Shown in pieces: positions 57,023 through 64,000 of a stretch of 64,000 bases of DNA. This stretch comes from Candidatus Geocrenenecus huangii. Lineage in GTDB: Archaea; Thermoproteota; Nitrososphaeria_A; Caldarchaeales; Wolframiiraptoraceae. Below the pieces are notes generated by a model. That model searched no databases, was not told the origin of the DNA, and saw only the letters and a list, made by a program, of their open reading frames with translations. The stretch lies in contig JALNLM010000007.1 in assembly GCA_023254095.1 (NCBI GenBank), positions 1 to 64,000 of the forward strand, in the 5' to 3' direction. A program made the position numbers and the translations under genes. Position 1 is the first letter of the stretch. Every line of letters begins with the position of its first letter.

Positions 57023-58320
57023 ACAAGACCTACTGCTTAATCCTGCTTACATTATCTTCCCTACTTTTAGTGTCAAACTCTCTAAGTGTAGAGAGCGAGC
57101 AGGTTAAGGTAGCCTGGCTAAAGATTGAGGGATATGTTTCTCCAGCAACTGTAGAATATGTTAAGATGACCTTAGAAGATGGCGCTCGAGGTTACGACAT
57201 CTTCTTAATAACTCTCGATACGTTGGGCGGAGAAGCGGAATCTACGTTAGAGGTCATCAAGTTGATCCAGGCATCTGAGAAACTCGTCATCTGCATGGTG
57301 TATCCTGAAGGTGCGGAGGCAATGTCTGCTGGAACATACATATTGATGGCATGTAGAATAGCGGGTATGGCCCCCTACACTCACATCGGTGCATGTCAAC
57401 CTGTTGTCGGAGGCGTACCAAGCAACGATAGTAAGCTTATCAATTTCTTGTCTGAGAAGATCTCCTCTTTAGCGAGAATGAATAATAGAAATGAATCGGT
57501 TGCAAGACTGTTCGTAACTCAGAACCTGGTATTAGGACCTGAAGAAGCATTGAAGAATAACGTGATTGAGGTCATAGCTAGAAATCCCAAAGAATTCTTG
57601 GAGAAAATAGATGGTTGGGAGATAGTTATCAGAGATAGAGTATTCAAATTTAGTACGAAGGATAGCCTACTCGTGGAGGTCGATAAACCATTAAGAGTGT
57701 ATTTTATGGAAGCTTTCTCGAATCCGCTCATCTCATCTATCCTTCTCGCAGCAGGCATAATGACTCTGATACTCGGCTTCGCATCACCAGGTTGGGGAGC
57801 CGAAGTAGCAGGAGGGGTACTCATACTATTAGGTTTAATAGGTCAAGGATTTGATGTAAACTTGATAGGCTTACTATTAGTGGGTATAGGTGGAGCACTA
57901 CTAGTGTATGAAGTCTTCTCACACACTTTCGGAGCAGCTGCTGTTGGAGGAATAATCTCTCTAAGCATAGGCATAGTTTTAATGGCTGGTTTTCCACCTA
58001 GAGAACAATTCGTTTCACAACTATGGTTTAACGAACTTATACCAACCGTAGCGATAGTTATGCTCCTTATCTCCGTCTTCTTCGGTTTCCTGATCTATAA
58101 AGCTGTACAAGCGGTACGGAGTAAACCATACTTGAGGGAAATACCAGATGAATATGGTAGAGCCGTAGACTTGCTTACACCGGGGATCGAGGGATACGTT
58201 AGAATTGGTGGAGAACTTTGGAAGGCGATCTCTGAAAAAGAAGTAAAGCCAGGTGGGAGAGTAAGAATAATCGGAAAGACCGACGATATACTAAGAGTTG
58301 AGCCAGTAGAAGAGAAATGA
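57019..58320 (+). CDS. nfeD: NfeD membrane-bound serine protease (stomatin partner)
   Basis: DTLGG, AMSAG (catalytic Ser), IGACQP, TM block, C-terminal GYVRIGGELWKA. Confidence 0.92.
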   Translation: MNKTYCLILLTLSSLLLVSNSLSVESEQVKVAWLKIEGYVSPATVEYVKMTLEDGARGYDIFLITLDTLGGEAESTLEVIKLIQASEKLVICMVYPEGAEAMSAGTYILMACRIAGMAPYTHIGACQPVVGGVPSNDSKLINFLSEKISSLARMNNRNESVARLFVTQNLVLGPEEALKNNVIEVIARNPKEFLEKIDGWEIVIRDRVFKFSTKDSLLVEVDKPLRVYFMEAFSNPLISSILLAAGIMTLILGFASPGWGAEVAGGVLILLGLIGQGFDVNLIGLLLVGIGGALLVYEVFSHTFGAAAVGGIISLSIGIVLMAGFPPREQFVSQLWFNELIPTVAIVMLLISVFFGFLIYKAVQAVRSKPYLREIPDEYGRAVDLLTPGIEGYVRIGGELWKAISEKEVKPGGRVRIIGKTDDILRVEPVEEK

Positions 58321-59006
58321 AGATAGTGGATGAATATTCTCTCAGAGAGAAGATAAGGGTCTTCAAGGATAGAGTAGAAGCAGCTGAAAGGCTTGCCGAG
58401 AAGCTATCAGAATACAAAGATGCAGGAGACACTGTTGTCCTAGCTATACCGTCCGGTGGTGTTCCTGTAGGATTAACCCTAGCTAGAAAGCTCAACTTAG
58501 ATTTTAATCTAGTAATGGTTAGGAAGATTCATCTTCCATGGAATCAGGAAGTAGGCCTTGGGGCAGTAAGCTGGGATGGCACGTACCTCCTAAACAATGA
58601 ACTAGTAGAGTTGATGGAGCTCTCACCGAGTGTTGTCTCTAAGTGCATTTCTAACGAGCTTAACGAGATAAAGCTAAGAATGGTTGAGTGGGGCCTAGAA
58701 GGATACAACCTAAATGTTAAAGATATTAACGTAATAATCACGGACGATGGATTAGCATCTGGATATACGATGGCTGTCGCAGTGGATGTAGTGAAGAAGA
58801 GAAGATGTAGACAATTGATAGTAGCTGTTCCAACGGGGTCGACCGAAGCGTTGAGAAAAATCTATGATAAAGTAGACCGGGTAATCTGCCTAAACGTGAG
58901 GTCAAGTAGGATCTTCGCTGTGGCCGACGCTTACGTTGAGTGGAGAGATATAACAAGTACAGAGGTTCGGAAACTACTAGAAGAATACAGATTATCAAGA
59001 AGATAA
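58317..59006 (+). CDS. Phosphoribosyltransferase-family protein
   Basis: FKDRVEAA, LAIPSGGVP, ITDDGLASG. Confidence 0.9.
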   Translation: MKIVDEYSLREKIRVFKDRVEAAERLAEKLSEYKDAGDTVVLAIPSGGVPVGLTLARKLNLDFNLVMVRKIHLPWNQEVGLGAVSWDGTYLLNNELVELMELSPSVVSKCISNELNEIKLRMVEWGLEGYNLNVKDINVIITDDGLASGYTMAVAVDVVKKRRCRQLIVAVPTGSTEALRKIYDKVDRVICLNVRSSRIFAVADAYVEWRDITSTEVRKLLEEYRLSRR

Positions 59007-59049
59007 GATAATTAATATATTAGCTGGAAGCCTACTAGTTCTTGATACT

Positions 59050-59880
59050 GTGATGGAGTATAGGAGATTAGGTAAGACGGAAGTGTACTTGCCTGTAATC
59101 GGTTTCGGAACGTGGGAGATAGGTGGAAGATTTACTCCAGACTATTCAGTAGACAGGCAAGCAATAGAAATAATTAGGCTCGCGATCAACATGGGTATAA
59201 CATTTATAGATACCGCAGAGGTCTACGGTGGAGGCCACACCGAGGAGATAGTTGGAGATGCCATCAGAGAATTTGATAGGGAAAAGCTATTCATAGCTAC
59301 CAAGGTGTGGATATCTAATCTTAGATATCAGGATGTCTTAAAAGCTATGGAGGGTAGCTTGAAGAGACTGAATCTAGATTACGTCGACCTCTACCAAGTT
59401 CATTGGCCGAACCCAGGTATACCTTTAAGAGATACTATGAGGGCTATGGAGAGGCTCTTCCTAGATGGGAAGACAAGATACATAGGTGTAAGTAATTTTA
59501 ATGTAAGAGATCTTGAAGAAGCAATGTCCTACCTCTCGCATACAGAGATAGTGTCAAACCAAGTCTTATATAATATCATCGATAAAGGAATAGAAGAGTA
59601 TGTACTGCCTTTCTGTAGGAAGAATAACATTACCGTCATCGCTTACAGACCTTTATCGAAGGGTCAAATAGCTCAGGAACCCTACAAGAGCAGGCTAGAA
59701 AAGATTGGTAAAAAATATGGTAAGACTGCGGTACAAGTAGCTATCAATTGGGTTCTTAGACACGATAACGTGGTGGCGATACCTAGAACCATGAACCCAA
59801 AGCACCTCGAAGAAATATTAGGTTCAATTGGGTGGATAATGAGTGAGGAAGATTATGAGGAAGTATCAAGATTGGTCTAA
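59050..59880 (+). CDS. Aldo/keto reductase
   Basis: GFGTW, FIDTAEVYG, ATKV, DLYQVHWP, IGVSNF. Confidence 0.93.
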   Translation: MMEYRRLGKTEVYLPVIGFGTWEIGGRFTPDYSVDRQAIEIIRLAINMGITFIDTAEVYGGGHTEEIVGDAIREFDREKLFIATKVWISNLRYQDVLKAMEGSLKRLNLDYVDLYQVHWPNPGIPLRDTMRAMERLFLDGKTRYIGVSNFNVRDLEEAMSYLSHTEIVSNQVLYNIIDKGIEEYVLPFCRKNNITVIAYRPLSKGQIAQEPYKSRLEKIGKKYGKTAVQVAINWVLRHDNVVAIPRTMNPKHLEEILGSIGWIMSEEDYEEVSRLV

Positions 59881-59932
59881 AGATCAGATTGCCGATTACT
59901 CATCGTTTATCAGAGATTAAACTCATTACGCA
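59881..59932 (-). ncRNA. Possible C/D-box sRNA
   Basis: Reverse complement GTAATGA-gtttaatct-CTGA-taa-ACGATGA-gtaatcggcaat-CTGA: correct box order, C and C' each one mismatch from consensus. Confidence 0.5.
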
Positions 59933-59996
59933 TATGAGATTCAATACGTTATTTCAAACTCACTAAAGAGAAGATGAGTTGTAGATTTTTAACGGA

Positions 59997-60053
59997 GGCT
60001 TCAGAGCTTTTGACCTTCATCATTAGATCTGGCAGCCAGGATTCATCATCGCC
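59997..60053 (-). ncRNA. C/D-box methylation guide sRNA
   Basis: Reverse complement ggcg-ATGATGA-atcctggctgc-CAGA-tcta-ATGATGA-aggtcaaaagct-CTGA-agcc: perfect C, C' and D boxes, 11-12-nt guides, short terminal stem. Confidence 0.85.
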
Positions 60054-60109
60054 CTAGACAAAAATAGAACATTCAGCTAATAACTATTTACGCTTAATCC
60101 CTTTTTTCG

Positions 60110-60170
60110 CTTAGTGATGATTCACTATAACGTAAGATGTCATGAGGCTTTACGTATATTTCTCTGATTA
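60110..60170 (+). ncRNA. Weak C/D-box sRNA candidate
   Basis: GTGATGA (60114) ... GTCATGA ... CTGA (60164); D' box degenerate and second guide long. Confidence 0.3.
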
Positions 60171-60179
60171 TCCCTCCAT

Positions 60180-61223
60180 CTAGGGAGCTAACACTATTTT
60201 TAATCCTTCTGCTTTAAGAGTTCTCGAGAACGCTTCTAACCCATTCTTCAAACTATATCTATGAGTTATCAACGGCTTAACATCCACGAGACCTGAAACC
60301 ATAAGATCTAGTGTCTTCTTAAACTCTAAAGGCGTTTGCATAGATGTTCCCAGAATCGTTATCTGCTTATAATGAATAATGTTAGTGTCTATTGGTACCT
60401 CGCCAGAGCCAGGTGGGAGACCTGCGAAGAAGTTTATCCTTCCACCTTTACGGATTATTCTTAAAGCATCTTTCTGCGCATGCGGAGACCCCACGGCGAC
60501 TACTACTACATCTGCACCCCTGCCATCTGTTAAGTCAAGTATAGATTTCTCAATGTCTTCTTTTAGCGGATTTACTACGTATTCTACACCAAGTCTTCTA
60601 GCTATTTCTATTCTTTTTTCATCTACTTCGCTGAGGATAATCATCGAGGCGCCGAGTGCTTTAGCCAGCATGTAGTGCATTAACCCTATTGGTCCAGCGC
60701 CTATTACTATTATATTGTCTCCTGGACGTATGTTGAGTTTCAGCTGTCCTCTTAAACAAGCTGCTAGAGGTTCAGTCAATGATGCTTCTTCGTAGCTTAG
60801 ACGTTTCGGTATCTCTAGTATCCCTCCTACTCGGAAAGCTTGACCAGGTATCTCAACATATTCAGCAAATGATCCATCAACATCTACACCTATCGCATAT
60901 CTATTGGGGCATAGTACGTGTTCTCCCGAGAGACAGTACTCACATGTGCCGTCGAATATGTTTGGATTCACCACAACACGTTTACCTGCAAAATCCTTTA
61001 GGGGGCCGCTTGCTTCTACAATGTCTCCAGCGAATTCGTGTCCCAATATGATGGGGACCTTAGTCCTCGCCCCCGTCAAATATGCTTTAGCATCCGTTGC
61101 ACATATACTTGTAGCTTTAACTTTGAGAATTGCATTTGAATCCTTTAACGTGGGTTCAGGGACATCTTCCAATCTTAGGTCTTCTTTACCATATAATCTT
61201 AAAGCTAACATTTTCTGACTCAA
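60180..61223 (-). CDS. Zinc-dependent alcohol/polyol dehydrogenase (MDR family)
   Basis: ICATD, LGHEFAG, DGTCEYC...C, IGAGPIG. Confidence 0.92.
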   Translation of the reverse strand: MSQKMLALRLYGKEDLRLEDVPEPTLKDSNAILKVKATSICATDAKAYLTGARTKVPIILGHEFAGDIVEASGPLKDFAGKRVVVNPNIFDGTCEYCLSGEHVLCPNRYAIGVDVDGSFAEYVEIPGQAFRVGGILEIPKRLSYEEASLTEPLAACLRGQLKLNIRPGDNIIVIGAGPIGLMHYMLAKALGASMIILSEVDEKRIEIARRLGVEYVVNPLKEDIEKSILDLTDGRGADVVVVAVGSPHAQKDALRIIRKGGRINFFAGLPPGSGEVPIDTNIIHYKQITILGTSMQTPLEFKKTLDLMVSGLVDVKPLITHRYSLKNGLEAFSRTLKAEGLKIVLAP

Positions 61224-61330
61224 TAATATTTATCGAGACAACTTTATTTAACTGTTGAGCGAATCACGATAATACGAGTAGTTTGCGGAAAAGGCTGTAA
61301 TTGTATGCTCTTCCCTAAATATCTGAATGC

Positions 61331-62698
61331 TCACTCTAGAGATTTAACAGTCTCAACGATCAGTCTTTTCCCATATTCAACTATTTCTTTTAATCTCTTT
61401 TCGGTTACCGCTTCTGCAGACATCTTTATCTGAGGCATAGTGTTAGAAGGTCTAATTAGTATCCATCCATCTTTAAAGTATGCTTTTACACCATCTAGTC
61501 TGCTTATCTCCAATCCTTCACTCGAAAGTCTTTCAGCGATCCTGTCAACTACTATCTTCTTTATCTCGTCGGGGCAGTCGAACACCATTATAGGTGTGGA
61601 TGGATAGACTGGTATATTCTCAACTATTTCTGAAAGCTTCTTCCCGGTCTTGGATAGTATTTCCAGCATTTTTAGGGTAGCGTAGACCGCGTCGTCAAAC
61701 CCCCATAGCTCTGAGAAATATAGATGGTTACTTTTCTCTCCACCTATTACTGCTCCAAGCCGCCTAACTTCTCTCAATATGTATGCTCTTCCAACTCTAG
61801 ATTCTACTGGCTCGCATCCACTTTCAATTATGATTTGCCGGAGAGCTGAGCTGCTATTTAAGTCGTAGACCACCTTCCCCCTCTTCTCTAAGTGTTTAAC
61901 ATAGACTGATAAGACTATGTCTCCAGGCAGTATTCTCCCCCTATCATCTATGAATACAGCTCTATCGCCATCACCGTCAAACCCAACGCCAAAGTCGACG
62001 TCATTCTTTCTTACAAGTTCTTGTAAATCTTTCAATGTTTCCTCCGTTGGTTCAGGAAGGTGACCAGGAAACAAACCGTTAGGTTCATCGTTTAACCCGA
62101 TGACTTCTACGTCCAGTAGCCGTGCAATATTTGGGAAAACCATGGTTGTGGCCCCATTCGAGTAGTCTACAGCTATCCTCATCTTCTTCTCTACCTTTAT
62201 CTTTGAGAGTATGAATTCAAGGTATTCTGGGATCAGATTTCTACTTACTTCGGTTCCCTGCTTATCCGAAGTAGTCCACTTGCGTTCTAAAACAATCTTT
62301 CTTAATTCTTCCATCCCTGCCCCTTCAGATATAGTATCACCATTAGAGGTAACTAGCTTCATTCCATTCCACTCTGGGGGATTGTGGCTTGCGGTAATCT
62401 GTACCCCACCGTGAAGCCTCCACCAAATTACTCCAAAGTAACTTACAGGCGTTGGGACTATCCCGACCTTCACTACGTCACATCCACCTTCCATCAACCC
62501 TATTGAGACACTTTTCATAAGATTCTCTCCACTTAATCGAACATCACGGCTGAGCAGGATCTCTCCAGAGTTTCCAAGCATTGTTGCATATGATAACGCT
62601 ATGACTTTAGCTATCTCGTCTGTTATGTCTTTCCCATACACTCCTCTAATATCGTATGCTCTAAAGATGTGTGATGGGAAAGAGCCTATATTACTCAA
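61331..62698 (-). CDS. Phosphomannomutase/phosphoglucomutase
   Basis: FRAYDIRG, ITASHNP, FDGDGDR, GGEKSNH, IRPSNT. Confidence 0.95.
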   Translation of the reverse strand: MSNIGSFPSHIFRAYDIRGVYGKDITDEIAKVIALSYATMLGNSGEILLSRDVRLSGENLMKSVSIGLMEGGCDVVKVGIVPTPVSYFGVIWWRLHGGVQITASHNPPEWNGMKLVTSNGDTISEGAGMEELRKIVLERKWTTSDKQGTEVSRNLIPEYLEFILSKIKVEKKMRIAVDYSNGATTMVFPNIARLLDVEVIGLNDEPNGLFPGHLPEPTEETLKDLQELVRKNDVDFGVGFDGDGDRAVFIDDRGRILPGDIVLSVYVKHLEKRGKVVYDLNSSSALRQIIIESGCEPVESRVGRAYILREVRRLGAVIGGEKSNHLYFSELWGFDDAVYATLKMLEILSKTGKKLSEIVENIPVYPSTPIMVFDCPDEIKKIVVDRIAERLSSEGLEISRLDGVKAYFKDGWILIRPSNTMPQIKMSAEAVTEKRLKEIVEYGKRLIVETVKSLE

Positions 62699-62846
62699 TT
62701 ACCAACCCCACCAAATAGCTGGAGGTAAGCAAGTAATATAGATAGCCTCTAAGCATATATATGTATTACCCTAAAAATTAGAAGTCTATTATTCACCTGA
62801 AAAACTAAATTAGTCGTATTTCGAGAATATTATTAAGTGATTGAGG

Positions 62847-63023
62847 ATGGCGAGAGAAAGAATAATAGTTGAATCAAAGGTTAGAGAATTGTTACCAGAA
62901 GGAATAAGATTATCTTCTGACGCTCTCGACGGACTGGACTCCGTAGTTAAAGAGATCGTAAAGAAAGCTGTCCAAAGATGCCAAGCAAATGGAAGAAAAA
63001 CAATAATAAAAGAAGACTTCTAA
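62847..63023 (+). CDS. Single histone-fold protein (DUF1931/face-to-face-type)
   Basis: MARERIIVESKVRELL...IRLSSDALDGLD...KAVQRCQANGRKTIIKEDF: histone fold ending at RxTxxxxD. Confidence 0.85.
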   Translation: MARERIIVESKVRELLPEGIRLSSDALDGLDSVVKEIVKKAVQRCQANGRKTIIKEDF

Positions 63024-63058
63024 AAATCTTCTAAAACATTCTTCCTATTTCTTTTTCT

Positions 63059-64000
63059 CTACTTTCCTACTTGGATGAACCTCCCCTTCAGCTTCTCCAT
63101 TACTTTGGGTAATGTGGTGTACTCCATCTCCTCTATCTCGATTCTAGCAGGCATAATCTCGCCCATGGTCCTCATGTAGATCGCTACCTTAGTGGCGAGC
63201 TCCCTACTATACTCCCACACGGGATCTTCAAATAGATCGACAGGTTCTTCCCCTTCTACTCCAACAAGTATTCCATTAGATATCTGCCAACCCATAGCGA
63301 CTACTCTCGGCGGCCCATCGAAGTAACTTATGACGTTCTGTTTCTTCCTGAAGCTAACGGGCATTAAGGGTCCGTAATGGCTCCCCCTCATCCATCCAGG
63401 GACAAGATGCGGAATAGCAAATGCAGAGAGAATTTCTCCAACGGCTGGGAACCCTGCCTGTGCTCTAACAATTAATACTGGATCATCCTTACCAACATAT
63501 TTTCCCGCAATATATGATAATCGTGTCGTAGAGGCTGACGCTGCAGGCTCGTTATCTTTCGCTCTATATACTCTAGAGATAACGTATCTGTTTATTGTTC
63601 CTATCAAGCTTAGCAGATCATACGTTTCTTCAGGGGTTTTCAATCTGACTACTTTTCCCTCTATCAAATCCATTACTTCGAATATGAATCCATCGTGTAG
63701 GATGGGGTCAATGACGAGTCCAGCTGTATTGGAGGGATCTGCGAATATTCTATATAGAATTAGATTCCAGGCTGCTGGGCTAGTTTTATCTGCAGCGAAT
63801 ACTATTATGGGGTCTGAACTTCTTTCTTCAAATTCTAGTTCTGCAACACCTGGACCCATGCCTTTTATATTTCCACTAAAAGCGTTCTTGAGTAGGTCTT
63901 GCCCCGCAGCGTAGAGTTTGAGAGGTTTACTAACCTTCTCTGTAATCTCCCTGAAGATGTCCCATGCAAGTTTATGGACTTCAGGGTCGTCTTCTCCTCT
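63059..64000 (-). CDS. fbp: Fructose-1,6-bisphosphate aldolase/phosphatase (class V), 5' end beyond window
   Basis: LKLYAAGQDLL...GMGPGVAE, ADKT, NTAGLVID, GKYVGKDDP, GWMRGSH, FDGPP, MEYTTLP; frame open to window end. Confidence 0.96.
   Translation of the reverse strand, partial: RGEDDPEVHKLAWDIFREITEKVSKPLKLYAAGQDLLKNAFSGNIKGMGPGVAELEFEERSSDPIIVFAADKTSPAAWNLILYRIFADPSNTAGLVIDPILHDGFIFEVMDLIEGKVVRLKTPEETYDLLSLIGTINRYVISRVYRAKDNEPAASASTTRLSYIAGKYVGKDDPVLIVRAQAGFPAVGEILSAFAIPHLVPGWMRGSHYGPLMPVSFRKKQNVISYFDGPPRVVAMGWQISNGILVGVEGEEPVDLFEDPVWEYSRELATKVAIYMRTMGEIMPARIEIEEMEYTTLPKVMEKLKGRFIQVGK

Noticed and set aside
1-64000. CRISPR arrays, transposases, integrases, defence genes, selenocysteine or pyrrolysine readthrough
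   Set aside because: No spaced direct repeats, mobile-element motifs or conserved in-frame stops were seen by eye

Overview
64 kb of an AT-rich archaeal chromosome. The gene set (TFE, aTrm56, rpl40e, Alba, aRF1, FBP aldolase/phosphatase, pantoate kinase, intron-containing tRNAs, thaumarchaeal/aigarchaeal-style NuoI) points to a thermophilic TACK/Thermoproteota lineage; this is inferred, not proven. Most of the window is housekeeping and central metabolism. It also holds a probable island edge left of tRNA-Glu (UbiD, ABC transporter, broken isochorismatase), a DsrE-TusA-SQR sulfur module, and a cluster of a divergent deaminase, a tungsten-type AOR and a BMP ABC transporter. Further on are scattered complex I genes, a bacterial-type ATP-PFK, a full beta-oxidation/ETF/membrane Fe-S oxidoreductase cluster and a non-nucleosomal-type histone. 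Reading outside the ORF track found three tRNAs, a 52-aa Cys-rich ORF and two strong plus two weaker C/D-box sRNA candidates. No CRISPR array, transposase or integrase was seen. The best candidate for an undescribed system is the deaminase/W-AOR/nucleoside-type ABC cluster (8876-17991). All protein calls come from motif recognition by eye, not from database searches.
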